This document shows positions 1 to 12,900 of a stretch of DNA of 64,000 nucleotides, piece by piece. The first letter of the stretch is position 1, and the number at the start of each line of letters is the position of its first letter. The notes under the pieces were generated by a model. That model did not search any database, was not told the origin of the DNA, and saw only the letters and a list, made by a program, of their open reading frames with translations. The DNA is taken from positions 62,001-126,000 of the forward strand of contig JAYWIR010000059.1 of assembly GCA_036172245.1 (NCBI GenBank). The letters are read 5' to 3'. The position numbers were made by a program, and so were the translations under genes. The stretch is from Raillietiella orientalis (lineage: Eukaryota).

Positions 1-2
1 AT

Positions 3-1061
3 GAAGGCGGCGACGATCCCCGCGTCGCGGAGACGTACATCCAGGCGGGCGGCGGGGAGGTGGAGGACGCCGCCGTCGTAGAGAACGGCGGCTACGTGAA
101 GCTGAAGAACCCCCTGCGCTTCGCCAGCAGGATCCCTCATTCGGGCATCATCCTCGCCGCAGTCTCCAGCTTCTTCTTCTCCCTGTGCTCCGTCATCGTG
201 AAGCACCTCAAGTACATGTCGCCACCCCAGCTGGCTACCTACCGCTTCCTGGGGATGTTTCTGCCCACTCTCGTCGCAGTCACCTGGATCAGGGAGAACG
301 TCTTCCCGCTGCGCCTCTGGTGGAAGATCATCCTGCGAGGCCTGGCCGGCTCCTGCGGCATCGTCCTCCAGTTCTACGCCTTCCAGTTCCTCCCCCTCGG
401 CGACGCCTCGGTCATCATCTTCAGCCTTCCGGTGTTCGTGTCAATCATGGCGCGGATCTTCCTGAAGGAGCCCTGCAGCGTCCTGAACATCGTGTGCATC
501 GTCCTGACGACCTGCGGCGTGATCCTCATCATCCGGCCGCCCTTTCTGTTCCGGCTGGCCGGTGCAGAGGAGTACACCGACGAGGACCTCTACGGGGCGC
601 TGGCCGCCCTGTGTTCTCTATTCATGGCGTCCACGTCCTACGTCCTGATACGGATGCTGCGCGAGATGCACTACTGCGTCGTCATGTTCGACTTCAGCGT
701 GATCGGGCTGCTGTGCATGGTGGCGCAGACCGCCGTCACGCACACGTTCAGCCTGCCCCGGTGCGACTGGGACCTGCTGCTCGTCTTCGGCCTGGCGACC
801 TTCAGCTTCCTGGCCCAGATCATGTTCACCAAGTCGCTGCAGATCGAGGAGGCCGGCGTCGTGTCCATCGCCCGCACCGTGGACATCATCTTCGCCTTCG
901 TCTGGCAGAGCATCTGGTTCCAGGAGACGCCCAAGGCTCTCAGCATCGTGGGCTCCATCCTCGTGGCCGGCTCCGTCATCGTCCTCGGCCTGCGCAAGTG
1001 GATCATCGGCCTGCCCGAGGACTCCAAGACCAGGAGGTCGCTGCGCTTCTTCATGAAGTAG
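3..1061 (+). CDS. SLC35G1: Solute carrier family 35 member G1-like EamA/DMT transporter; 5' partial, single coding exon within the window
   Basis: The frame is open from base 3 to TAG at 1059-1061, so the start lies upstream of the window. About 10 hydrophobic segments form two EamA-like halves with SLC35G-type motifs (ILRGLAG, FLPLGDASVIIFSLPVFVSIMARIFLKEP, LQIEEAGVVSIART). Third codon positions are very GC-rich. Confidence 0.88.
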   Translation, partial: EGGDDPRVAETYIQAGGGEVEDAAVVENGGYVKLKNPLRFASRIPHSGIILAAVSSFFFSLCSVIVKHLKYMSPPQLATYRFLGMFLPTLVAVTWIRENVFPLRLWWKIILRGLAGSCGIVLQFYAFQFLPLGDASVIIFSLPVFVSIMARIFLKEPCSVLNIVCIVLTTCGVILIIRPPFLFRLAGAEEYTDEDLYGALAALCSLFMASTSYVLIRMLREMHYCVVMFDFSVIGLLCMVAQTAVTHTFSLPRCDWDLLLVFGLATFSFLAQIMFTKSLQIEEAGVVSIARTVDIIFAFVWQSIWFQETPKALSIVGSILVAGSVIVLGLRKWIIGLPEDSKTRRSLRFFMK

Positions 1062-1554
1062 AGGGGCTCTCGCCCCTCCGCCGGACGCCGCAAAGGAGCG
1101 GAGGGGAGGAAGAGGGCGAGCCAGAGACAACAATCCCCGAGGGGCAAAGGCACCCTCATCCCCCCTTTCAAAGAAAACAAAACAAATAGAAAGGGGAAGA
1201 AAAGTCGAAAAAATGAAAAGGGTGAGGAGGAAGAAAGCGGCTTGGCACGTCGGGGAGGGAGAGAGAGGAACACGTGAAGGCCGCGCCATCGCGTTCCCTG
1301 GCGGTGCTTCGAAGAAATCCAAGCTCTTCTCCCACCTTTACACAGGGGAGTGACACTTCCCATCCCTCCCTTCCCCATCGTCTGTTGTAAGAACAAGGGG
1401 CGTGACGGTGACGCTGAATGCCTCTGTGACGCTCTCCGGAACGTTGCGGACGGACCGCGATTGCAGTCCACCTGGCGGCACGGCAGCAAGTCTTCCCGTG
1501 CTGCGCAACGGTGCGTAAGCGGCCGGCGTGTCTCCCGAACCAGAAGCGGGTCGC

Positions 1555-1760
1555 GCACGTGTATATATGGATGTACATAGGGGTACGTTCACCCGTATAT
1601 GCTTGCGTGCAGCTGCTGTACGTGCACCGATTCCCGATTCGTGCATGCATGTGTGTGTATGTAAAGCGTACGTGTTCCCATTTTATGTATGCATAGTTAG
1701 GCGAATACATGAATGCGTATGTGTGTATGTACATGTGTACGTTTGCACGCACGTACATTC
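1555..1760. repeat. Degenerate alternating purine-pyrimidine (TG/TA/CG) low-complexity tract
   Basis: Runs such as gtatatatggatgtacat, gtgtgtgtatgta and gtatgtgtgtatgtacatgtgtac. Confidence 0.7.
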
Positions 1761-2554
1761 GAAATTCCTGTTAACACGGACGTGTTGCTTTTCCTTTGCT
1801 CGTGGCAGTCCTCGATCCCTTGGATCCCACGCCGGTCCACTCCCGCAGATCGATCCTCTCCGTGCCGAGATGCAAGAACGATGCGCGCGCGCGGTTCGCC
1901 GCCACCGCCGCTCAGGAAGGTAATCGCGCTCCTGTCCTTCCCGAGAAGTCCCATCCGCGGGAAGGACGGAATGCCGCGGGCGTTGTCGGCATAAAGATGC
2001 CTCTCCCCGGAACTCTCGCGCGCCTACCCGAGAGCACCCCTCCTGGGAAAACTTTCGGCTGGGCGGACTCCGTCCTTCTCTCCTTCACCCTCCCCTGAGC
2101 GTTCCATGTGGGACGCTCCAGAGTGCTTATGCCCGTTCCCCTCCCTCCCAATTTTCCCCTTCCTTTCTGCCCGTTGGGATGCGTTGCACCCTGCCCCTGA
2201 CAGGAGGGCCTCTGCTCTCTGACGCTTGGACGCCACCCCGCTGGCAGCGCGTTCTGAGCCGCCAATGGGGATTCTGTGCTCCCCATGTTCTTCCTCCCGG
2301 CTAGAATGGGTGTCGTCTCATCGCTCTCTCCCTACCTCAGGTGCCATTTCACACCTTCGGTCCCACTCGAGCACCCGAGGAGCTGCTAGCAACAACGGTT
2401 GTTCCCCGTTCCTCCATCGCCGTCTCTCTCCCCCCAATCCGGACTCTCACTAGCAAGTGGCGATCTCTTCCATTTCAAGGAGCCTTCCAGACGGCGAGCT
2501 GCGTATACACGTACACTGGAAATCTTGTTGACATCGATGCATTCGTGAAACTTG

Positions 2555-2700
2555 CTCTTTTCTCTTTCTCCTCCCTTCCTCCTTTCTTTCTCTTCCTCCT
2601 CCTTTCCTCTCTTTCTCTACCTTTCTTCTCCTTCCTCCTCCCTTCCTCCTTTGTTCCTCCTCCTTTCCTCTTCCTCCTCCTTCCCTCCCTCCCTCTTCAT
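2555..2700. repeat. Polypyrimidine (CCT/CTT-like) simple repeat
   Basis: About 145 nt made almost entirely of C and T. Confidence 0.85.
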
Positions 2701-3189
2701 GCACACTCGGTCCTCGTGACCTGTACCTGCACAACGTCCGCGTGCGCGCAGGTCTGAAAGTTCCCGCAACTTTCACGGTCACTATGTCAGCTCTACTGGT
2801 TGGAACACCCCGGCGACGCATAGGAGGACCCTCTGAATGTGTCCTCATCCTCCGATCTCCACACTCGACTTTCTGCTGGACTCTCAAGTCCTTGTGTTGC
2901 GTCCGCGCCTAATAAGGTGGAAGGGGGGGAGGGCAGGAAGAGGGGAGGACGCCTGCCGCGCCAAACAAAAATGTCCTCTTTGCTTGCCACCCTAACGGGT
3001 GCACACTGTGGTTCCTCGCCTGCTCGCTCCGCGGCGCTGCGCGCTGTCCCCGGATATTCGTTCCGGGCTTCATTTTGCGATTCACCTGTTTGTTGACCAC
3101 TCTTCCTCCGCCTGATCTTTGGTGAATCTTTCCAACACCTTTGACTGCTCATCTCGGGTGCCGGATACTTAGATGCTTCGACCTTAGGC

Positions 3190-4010
3190 GCAGCTCCTGA
3201 TGAGTAAGGTCACAGCTTCTGGCAGCCAGGAGCGAGCTGCTGCAGAGAAGACCGACGGGGAAAGCAGCGATGGCGGAGGGTGCAGCAGGCCCATCGGCGG
3301 GATGCGGAAGCCGTGAGGTGTTCTCTGCACTGACATCAAGGGCTTCACGGAATTCCGGGCAAAATGGGAATCCCAGCCGGTGACCCCGACGAACCGGGTC
3401 GGTACGTCTGGCGTGAAGGTTTGTTCATGGGAAGCCCTCTTCCTCCTCCTTCTCCCCCCTCTGGGCGATACTGCTGGCCACTCATGGCTGTGGCTCCCAT
3501 TCCAGCGTCTGGGTGCCGAAAGCAACGGACCTCGGACCAGAATGCACTTTCAGGATGTTTGGACTGATGATCTCTCCTGCCGGGAGATGAGCGATGCGCG
3601 CGCCAGCGGCGCCAAGGCTGCAGAACAAACTCCCTTCGACTTCTTCTGGATCTCAGGAAAATCTCGAGGGGGTCCTCCTGCATCGCTGCGACGGGAGGCC
3701 AACCCCACGCCGACCCCCGAGTCTATCCGGAAGTGCGTGCGTGCGCAACACCGGTCGATGCAAACGGTCTGCTCTCTCGGGAGGATTCCCTCGCGACCGC
3801 CGGCGACCGCTTCCTGCAGCAGCCAGGGAGGGAGGAGGGAAAGCTCATCTATGGATTTCGCCCCTGGAGGAGTGGTGCAGGCGCGACGGATGCACACGGC
3901 GGCGGGAAAACGTTGCATCAGAGGAGGTCCGTCCGGGCCCAGGAGTGTCCGGTGGCCGGGGGACTGGGGAAACATTCAAAAAAGAGTGGAAGAAGGAGGA
4001 GGTGAGTTGG
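3190..4010 (-). mobile_element. Highly decayed non-LTR (Tx1/L1-like) RT fragment
   Basis: Minus-strand remnants occur in RT order: GPDGP (cf. PGEDGL), ILPREQT (cf. ISPEQT), VPTRFVGV..KPL..HGFRIP (cf. VRRGIRQGD..EPL..GI.IP). Many frameshifts. Confidence 0.45.
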
Positions 4011-4419
4011 TAAAGAGCGCCTGCACCGTGCTGCTGTCGTGGGCGAAAGGAGAAGTCCAGGAAAACTCCGCGTTCGGAAACTCGAAGGAGGGGGGAGGGG
4101 GACTTTGAATCCCTCCTACAAGCGCTTAAGAGTCTTCCTGGTTACGGAAGCGGAAACGCATCCTTCGTTCCTCCGCAAGTGTTTCTCCTCTTCCCCATTG
4201 GTGCCGGAGGGAGAAAGGCTGCATGTTCGAAGCGAACCCATCCGGCAGAGCGACCCCCCCTTCTGCTTCCAAAATGGACTACCGCCCTCCGCTCCCTCAG
4301 TCGCGCACCAGCCAGCCCGCTGCCCCAATATGTGGGCAGACTAAGGAGACGCTGGTGGAAGCTGCCGAAAATCGCTCCCTCGCACTTTCCCCGCTGCTGA
4401 TCAAAATCTCGAACGTCGA

Positions 4420-4767
4420 TATGTTTATGATATATATATTAATCATGTATATTTATGTACATGTCTTTATATGTAGATTAATGTATCCATTCTTACATAG
4501 GTAACTATACATATTCCTATATAGATTCATATATTAATTTATTTTGGCATACATATCTATTAATATTTACTAAGGTACAATTATTAATATTAATGGTATT
4601 TTAACATATACAATTATTGACATCTGTTACCATATGTATGGTAATATACTAATAGATAATCAATAATATATATTAATATATTATTAATATACATACTGAA
4701 AATTATAAAATAAATACGTATGTTTATGTACATGTAGATGCGTGTGTGTGTGTGTGTAATATATGTT

Positions 4768-4798
<31 letters not shown>

Positions 4799-5235
4799 TA
4801 TATGTACATTTATATATGTTTTTAATTGTCACCACTCTTGCTTATTTTTTAATTGTTTCTCTCTATATAAAACCATATATAAACAAATGTTTCGAAAACG
4901 AAACATTTGTTTTTTAGTTGTTTATGTATGAGTGACTAAAAAATAAACAGGGGTGGTGGCAATTAAGAACTGTGGCAAAAAATGAAAAAGCCAAAAAAGA
5001 CATTGTATATTTCTATCATTTCCAACACTCAATGAACGAATGAATGATGAATGATGCATGATGAATTCTATTTTCGGGATTTCGATCGCTTGATAAATTT
5101 GTATGTTTAGAATTCGATATTCATATATTCATTTAGAACATATCCATTATATACAATAATATACAAGAGAAACATCTGTTTCTTTTTTATCGTCTTTACT
5201 ATATATATAAATAATATTTATTAGCACACATATTA
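4420..5235. repeat. AT-rich low-complexity island with a (TG)n(TA)n microsatellite at about 4742-4792; continues at 6508-6650 beyond the mariner
   Basis: Abrupt switch to TA-rich sequence inside the GC-rich block. Confidence 0.75.
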
Positions 5236-6507
5236 TCAGGTTGGTGCAAAAATAATTGCGGTTTTCACGTATCGAGTATAAAGATGCATATATCAGTTAA
5301 AAATTACATTTATTAATCAAAATAAAGACCCACTGTCCTGCACACATTTCTCCCAGCGGGAAAAAATTCTGTTTATTCCTGCAAGATGGGATTCTGGAGT
5401 CCTGGAATGAACGAAATCATCGAAAGCGCTTTGAGCTGATTCTTGATCTTTGAAAACCTTCTCTCGTGGGAAATGGCTCAAGTGTTTGAAAAAATGATAC
5501 TCTTTCGGAGACAGGTTCGGAGAATGAGATGGGTGAGGTGAGGTTTCATCACCCAATTCATTCAATTTTCTTAAAGCCATTTGTGAGACGTGTGGTCGGG
5601 CGTTGTCATGAAGAATTGGTCCTCTTCGACTGACTAATGCTGGTCGCAAAAGACGCAGCTTCCCATTCATGTTTTCACTTTCCTGACAATATTCTTCTGC
5701 TGTTGTTGTTTCACCACGATTTAAGAAGTTGTAGCGTTGTAGCCGACCACCAAACAGTGACCACAACCTTTTTTTCGTGAAACTTCGATTGAGGAAACTG
5801 TTTTGGTGCTTCCCACGGTCCAGCCACTGTGATGAACGTTTCCGATTGCTGTAGAGAATTCACCTTTCATCACACGTGGTGAGACGATCAGGAGAGGGAC
5901 CATTTTTGTCACTCAAAAGAAGCTCAGAGCAGACTGTGTATGGCCGAATTGCTTGATGCTCGTTTCGCTCATGCGACACCCATTGATCCATTGAGCTTTT
6001 TTGTTTTCCCAATGAGGCCTCAAATGTCGAACAACTGTTGAATGATCAACATTGACTTCTTCTGCCACCTCTCGAGTTTTATGCGTAAGTCTGCTTCAAT
6101 GATGGCTCTTAAATCTTGGTTGCGTATAGCTGAGGGATCTCCGTGACTCTCCTCGTTTTCGAGGCTTCCGTCACGAAATTTCCGGAGTCAGCGTTGAGCT
6201 TCACGTTCACTGACTGACCCTTCGCCAAAGACAAATTTCGAGCAGTTTCTGCCACCAATCCAATTGAAACTCATACGACGATATGTCGCGCGAATCTGCT
6301 TTTTTTCCATGATTAACTAAAGAGATACCAAAAGAATACCAAGGAATATCAATGCCAAAGAATGAAAACGATAGACATAAGCTGAAATCAGTAGTATCAT
6401 TAATTACAATGATGTACCATATGACTGCAACAAAAGATAACGGTAACTAGAAAAATCGGCGTCAACTTAAAATGATAAAAACCGCAATCATTTTTGTATT
6501 GTATTGA
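5236..6507 (-). mobile_element. Mariner DNA transposon, Hsmar1/cecropia-like, full length (about 1.27 kb) but defective
   Basis: Left TIR TCAGGTTGGTGCAAAAATAATTGCGGTTTT (5236-5265) follows TA. A degraded right TIR aaaaccgcaatcatttttg... (about 6478-6507) is followed by TA. The size is typical of mariner. Confidence 0.9.
5317..6310 (-). pseudogene. Mariner transposase pseudogene
   Basis: N-terminus MEKKQIRA at 6310. The C-terminal frame has HDNARPH, SPNLSPKEYHFF (decayed YSPDLSPTDY) and RWEKCV. The N-terminal half has frameshifts and stops. Confidence 0.9.
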
Positions 6508-8989
6508 TATACAAATTCACATATAAATATGCATTTATATATAGATTAATATATAAATATGTATTGGTCTATAAATAAATATATGTTTATCTCTATTTAT
6601 AATCTATAGTAAATATAGATATCAATGTATATAATGAAAATGCGTATTTATTTTTCATGATCTTTCGGTAGTTTGAACGCAATCCCATTTTTTGTGTGAT
6701 GCCAAACCTTCAAGGCAGAGAGCAAAGCTGAGGTGTCTGTGGTCATCATGACTGTAGAGGAACACGGGATTTTTGGTTTTGCTTTCATGCGCAAGCGCAT
6801 GCAAGTCTGAAGTGGATTCTGGAGGTGGACCAAGTAAACCAAGGAGATCGAAGCTGGGCTTCCGAGTCCTTGGACCCAGCTCTCCATGACACAGGAAACC
6901 CGCATTCTACAGCGGCTTCCCAACAGCTGCAAGAGGGAAGTAACAGCTGCAAGAACTCCGCCTCACGGTGTCTCTGGCGGTGCAGATCCTGAACGCCCGC
7001 GCAACGCAAACGCAGAGCTTGTGGGCGACATGGAAGAATGTTCCAACTGCAAGTTTCATTTCCAAGGACATTCTCGGATGGGGAGGCAAAAGGAGGGATT
7101 CCATCGCGCCCAAAAGCATCCGGGGAAGCGTGGAGCACGTCATAGCCGTGTCACTTATCCTGGAATATCGTTCCGATATTCCTGATGAGGGAGCGTTGCT
7201 CAGACACGCGAGGAGACAAAGGGAGACCACGTCTAGCGCTGAAAGGAGTCACTCGATTCCATGGCAACCGAAGTCCAGGGGCTTCGGTTCTCCTCCTTCC
7301 TCCGATCTGGAATGCTCCATCTCTAGTTGATCTCGCCAACACTTCGAATTTCATCTCAACCCGATTCAGTTGTTTACGTTGAAAGCCCAGATGCGCAAAC
7401 GCGCACACGCATGCTGCAAGCAGCTGATGATGATCTCAAAGCTGACGGAATCCTTCCGCGGGACGGTGGCCGTCCACGTGCACCACCACACCTCATCCAC
7501 ATGAGACGAAATCCGCCGTCCTTCGAGCGTTGGTCTCACCGCGAAGTGAGAGCGCACTTCGACCGTCTGCCTCCGCCCGCCCCACCCGGGCGCAGCCATT
7601 CCTAAAGTGGTCGGCCGGCCCGCAAATAAGCAGCTGCCGAAAGAAGCAAGTGGCCGTCTCAGCGCGGTCTTTGGCGCGTGTGTTCGCATGAGACCGGCAA
7701 CTTGCTCGTCCGGAAGACATTCCAAATCCGCCGTGTCATCGGAGGCGAAGGGAAGCGTTCCAGCCGCGTCTCTTGAGACTCTGGTTGCAGTTGGCTCACA
7801 TGTGTCCCCATTAGGTCCTCCGAAAAGTTTCTGCGAGATCTTTCGAGGCCTCTCCTCCCCTATGAGGAAGATGTCCCGGATATGGAAATCACTTAGGGTT
7901 CTTCCGCTTCGCTGCTTTCCTTCCAGCCTTTTTTTCTTTTTTTGTTGTTGTTTTTTCGGAGGTTTCTTTTTTTTGGTTCGCTAAGTACTCGAGAACCTTT
8001 CGCCTAGGGGCTCATGAAGCTCTTTCACCACCCGAGGGTGTTGGTAACTCTTCAAGTTATAGGGGCAACCCCGGAAGGATCATCCTGTGAATCCAGGAAG
8101 ACTCAAGAGGAAGGAATCCGTTCCTCTCTTACGCTTGGTAGGGATCCCCGAAGGGAATCCTCTCCCTGGCCGTCTCCGGTATCCACCCAGACACGCCGAG
8201 ACTTTTATCAAAATGTAAATTGCAAATTGTAGTGGGACTCGCAGAGGTAGTCTTCCACGGAGCTAGACATCTCGTAGCGCCTTCCGGCTCACAACTCACC
8301 GCCCAGCAGGTCTCTTTTGTGCTATCTTTCCCGTCTTTGGAGTTCGTGCTCTAATGACGGGGAGCTCCGTAACACTAACGATCACCCGTTAGGGATCCCG
8401 GAGTCACCCTATCCATCCTACTAATGGGAAGTCGAGGAGAAAGTTGGACACACTCTAGGCGATACCAGGTATCGACGGGTCCAGCTAACTCTTCCTAGGT
8501 TTGTAAGGTGGCAGGAGATCAGCTCACAGCCTCTGGGTGGATGGAGGACTGGAGCTGGAGTAAAGCCTCAAAGACGGGATTTGTCTTTAGGCGTGTCGCC
8601 CCACAGCGACGGGAGTCCTTCTCTCCCTTTGCACGAGGCGAGTACCGTCCTACTGGGCTTGGACCAGTGTCCGTTCCGATACTGGGCAAGCATGCGCAGT
8701 CTGCGAAAAAGGAACTGTTTTGAGATCGCCCCTGTGCCTAGGCTGCCGAGTCTGGCTCCTCTCTTCGGTGCACAGTCGTCTTTTGATGGCGCGCGCGGGC
8801 TGGGGACACCCTACGAAGTCTTCCCGAAGAAGCCTCTGATGTGGCCTTCAGCCACATCAGGGGAAGGGTTGGGTACAAGAAAAAACGGACGGAGGAGCTG
8901 TTCCAAAGCCCGCCCGGAAGAAGAAACCTGTCTCCCAGATACAGGGTCGGCTTTGATTTACCTTCATGAGGTGACCGGACTGAACTTTC

Positions 8990-9690
8990 CCCCCGTTGCC
9001 CGTCAGTCGTTGAGAAAGATCCTGAGTAACACCGCTTTGGGCATCGTCCACTCTCCCTTGCCCAGTGCTGTCCCTCCCTACGGGAAGCAAGGGACAGCGT
9101 GATCCTAGCAAGGTGGGAAGTGAAGTGCATTATAGACAACCAAAGGCAACATCTGGGTACGTGGACAACTCGGGACCTCATATACGCTGCCACCCCGAGC
9201 GTCCCACTCAACGAACTGCTACGCTGGGGAGAGCTGCTAAGAATTCCTCCAGAGGAGGTGAAATGGCCTCCGGCTTGTTGAAACAGTGCAGCGCTCCCCC
9301 TAAAGTGGAAGGAGTTGGCGATCCTGCTGTTGCATTGGGTACTCCCGTGCAACTCCCGGCGACACCACTGGGCCCGGGGGAGTGCGAGCTCAACTGCAAC
9401 AGGTGCGGAGAAAGAGTCCCTCTCGCACCTGCTCATGGATTGTGCTGCCCTCTGCCCCTGTGGGAACGCTTTTCCGCGTCCCTACGCATCTCAAGGGCAG
9501 CCCGAGACGTTTTGAAGTGCTTCTTTCTGCGCGACGCCCTCACGCCAGCCGCATCCCTAGCAGCACTACGCAGGATAGTAGCAGTCTGGAGTAGTTCCAG
9601 AGGAGACCAGTACAACAGAGATGCCATCGCTTTCGCTGCTCTCTTCTTGAAGACAGCGTTTCAATATGGCCCCATCTGGGAACTATGAAG
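8990..9690 (+). mobile_element. Tx1-like ORF2 C-terminal fragment (plus strand), frameshifted
   Basis: WEVKC..WTT.DL..AATPSVP..L.RWGELL..PEEVKWPP, LPCNSRRHHW and C..CG..ESLSHLL.DC (zf-RVT-like) are shared with the copies at 11, 16 and 58 kb. Confidence 0.85.
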
Positions 9691-9769
9691 CAGGAACTAG
9701 TCCGGTTGCCCTGTCCACGGTGAGTCGGCAGACATGACTCCAGACTCCTGCTCACTTAGCGCCAGGCCT

Positions 9770-10000
9770 ACTCCTCTGTGGATGAGCTCGAGAAATTCTT
9801 CGATCTTGGCCTCAGGAGTAGGCCGGGAAGCAGAAGCAGAGGCCGTCTACATGTGCCTCCAAGGATCGGCATGCATGGACAGGTGAACAGCAGGAACTCC
9901 AGGGTTCGTTCACCTTCGCACCTTCGGCACCAACAGGAAGGACACGCCGAAGAACAACGAGACAGGGAGTGCCACACACGTTTGAAAAAAAATCTATTCC
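9770..10000 (-). mobile_element. Older divergent non-LTR 3' fragment
   Basis: CRRCEGERTLEFLLFTC resembles the zf-RVT motif C..C...ET..HLL..C. No other support. Confidence 0.4.
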
Positions 10001-10452
10001 TCCTCCTTGGAAAAGGCACTTCTCCTTGATTCCGGAATCTCCCCGTCAGGGAACAGCATCGCTATCCAGAGGGGTCTCTGCGAAAAGCGAAGAGTAGGAA
10101 GGTTTCACCTCCTTGAGGATCCCAACCGGGTCAGTGGGGATCTCTCCCAGCTCACTGATCGGAGAATTGACGCCACACTGCCAGGTTTGACCTTCTTGCC
10201 GTTGCCCTCCAGGTTGCCATCTCTCTGAAAGTGCCTTTGTTCCTAGAGAAAGGCGCGGGAACTCCCCACCTCCTCCTCAAAGCTCTGAGGCAGCCTCTGG
10301 ACTGGGAAAAGCAGGACAGAACTCGCGGAAAGAGGTCCTAAATCTGTCCCAGACTGGGAATCTCTCCAAAGTATCCAGAGGCACACGATGACTTAATTGA
10401 TTCAGCGATCAAGGAGGCAACTACAAGAATCTGGTGTTTCCCACAATGAGAT

Positions 10453-12094
10453 TTGTCACCGGATATGCCGGGGCATTTATTATTGAATTTTTCTGCAAAA
10501 TTCCCGAAAACCAGGAAACCATAAAGTCTATAGACCGTTTGTGTCGTGGTGGAACACTTGGTTCTACCACTCTTGAAGACTTGTGACCGGGTGCTTAGAC
10601 CGGCGAGGTCCTCTCCTGAGGCGTAGGGGAAGGGGAAACCCAAACAAAAAGAAACTAAAAGAAGGAAAACGGGGAGGGGAATGGTTTTAAGGGGGAGGAG
10701 AGAGCAAGAAAGGGATCCCTGGACGCCTGAATCGGTCCTCTGCATCCTATCTAGGATGCTGACAAGTTCTATTTTAATATTTCGTGGGAGGCGCCATGAA
10801 GGACAAGATGGGCCACGTTGTTGCGGTCTCCAAAAAGACCGTCGTCCAGTGGATGGCGTCCTTGCTTCTCTGGCCTCTTTTTCTAGCGTTCCACCTCGTC
10901 AGGATGCCGCGAACACAGCAGAGGACTGCTAAAGCGGTGCGTACGCCTCACGCAGAAAGAGGCGTCGGTAAATGCCTCTAGGGTCGCCTACTGGAAGATG
11001 GAGGATAAACGAAAGTCGATTCCAAAGTCCAACCAGGGCAACACACTCTATTAGAAGATGTGGGAAGGTTTCCCTTTGGCCGCACTCGATGCAGCAGGCA
11101 TCCACATTCCCCAATGTCCAGTGAGATAGGCGTTGATCTGCTTAGGAGTCCCCAATGCAAAAACAGCAACACCGTCTCCTGCTATTTCAGCGAAAGGGTG
11201 ACGCTATTCCAACACGCTGGGGGCCACTTCACCTCCTCCGGAGATACTGCGAGCAGCCCGCCCCAGCGCGCAAGTCCTTGAGGAGGGACTCTCGGGGTCG
11301 CAGCGTCTACTAGCTCCTGAGTCGTCCAAGCCTTTAATGCTTTTCTCCTGCCTCGGATGAGGCAGGACACTTCCCACGATGCTCGCTCGTTGCTGTTCCT
11401 ATTGTTTTTGAGGGAGGGCAGCACGAGGGCAAGGGGGGTAGAAGAAGCCCACAGAAACTTCCAAGAGATGTTGATAATCTCCTGTAGGGGCTGTCGAGCG
11501 TAGGGGCCTCGACGGAGGCAGTTGTATACCGCCTCGCTCGAGCCGTTGATCTTAGCCCACGCAGAAACTGACTCCTGAAGCCAGGCAGTGCAGTTCGCGG
11601 GGAAGCAGGAGATCCAGGGCAACCATCTGGCGCAGGTCACGGCCACAGTTTTTGACGCTGCGTTCGCGAGATGCGAGCAGCGATGCCAAGCCTTGGTAGC
11701 CGGTCGCTCTGCTGGAGAGGAGACTTAAAGGTTCGCACTAAGGCGTGAGCAATAAGTTCGCTGCAAGGTCTAGCTTTCGGAAGTCGATCTGGAGCTTCAT
11801 GCGCTCCATCGTCAGGAGTCTTAAACCATCATCCCTGCGTGGAGCGTACAAGTCTTTTAAGCGGACACGGGACCTCGCTGTGCCCCAAAAGGAGGCCCTC
11901 GGTCCATCGCTTTATGAAGAGTGGGTCGGGGCAAACAAAAAGTAAGGGGCGAAGGAGGTGGGCCACGAACGCGTTCCACACCGCGGCCCGTTCCTGCAAG
12001 TAAAATTTGCCGTTCCGGAACGGGCCGATCGCCAACTCCACCTTTTGAAGACGGTCGGACCAGGCTTCTGCAACACAAAAGTCCCCCAACGGAA
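10453..12094 (-). mobile_element. 5'-truncated Tx1-like copy A with target-site duplication
   Basis: Begins at VPLGDFCVAEAWSDRLQKV and runs through RWGGLL..PEEVKWPP, C.ECGQRETFPHLLIEC, a U-rich 3' UTR and an AATAAA + stem-loop end. Flanked by ACAATGAGAT at 10443-10452 and 12098-12107 (13 bp with one mismatch if extended). Confidence 0.88.
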
Positions 12095-12199
12095 CCTACA
12101 ATGAGATCATCTCTGGAGGGGACTCTCTCCCTCGTCCATATCTGATACTGTCCAAGGAGAAGAATGATTATCCTAGGCGTCTCCTGCCACCTCGAAAGA

Positions 12200-12900
12200 A
12201 GTCCTCCAGAAAAACAGGAGTCCAAAAACAAAAAACAAAGAAGACGCTGTCTCCCTGTCCACAAAGAATGTGTTCCAGTGACAGTCTGAGCCCTCGCAGT
12301 CAACCCTCGGGGGTCCCGGGATCCCTGAAATGCAGGGGTCATGAGAGAATTGGAAATCCTGCCGCTACACCTCGACAAAATGAGGAGCCTCGTGGTTGAC
12401 TCTGAGACATCAAACACAGCCGAGGTACCTATTGGACCCGTAGATTTGGGCACTAGCCATTTACTACGCCTCTAGCCATTTTCTCACGAGCTTGGTCCAT
12501 CTGCACCCTGCGGACTGCAGACTCATCCGCACCCCACGACTTCATCTCCTGTCCGACAGAGAACCAGTCGGGAAAGACGAGGGGAATCGATCTTGCGGTC
12601 GGTGCCCGAAACGGGACGAGACGATTCCGCGCATTTGAAACGATTGAGTGCGGCAGTTTCTTCTCTGCACCAGAGGACGCGACACCCTGGTCGGCTGCAT
12701 CAAGAGGGCGACGCACGTGCGGTAGGAGATGCTGTCCAGGCAACCCAGGAACCTCACCCCGAGGAAAGGGATGGAGGTCACCGTGCGCGACCCATTCGAT
12801 AGCGCAACAGCAAAGTTCCGAAGAGGGGCCGGCCGGCCGTGGGAAGCACGCTCTATCCCTCCCGCTCTCGGGAAACCGAGCACGACGTCGGTCCGCGGTC
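12200..12900 (-). mobile_element. Older divergent non-LTR 3' fragment
   Basis: Frameshifted zf-RVT-like remnant (WCREETAA..FKC) near 12630-12680, followed by a U-rich 3'-UTR-like tract near 12210-12245. Confidence 0.35.

Noticed and set aside
185..1558. Long overlapping ORFs (185..1189 +, 618..1322 -, 671..1558 -)
   Set aside because: Shadow frames of the very GC3-rich SLC35G1 CDS, with R/P/G-biased composition and no motifs.
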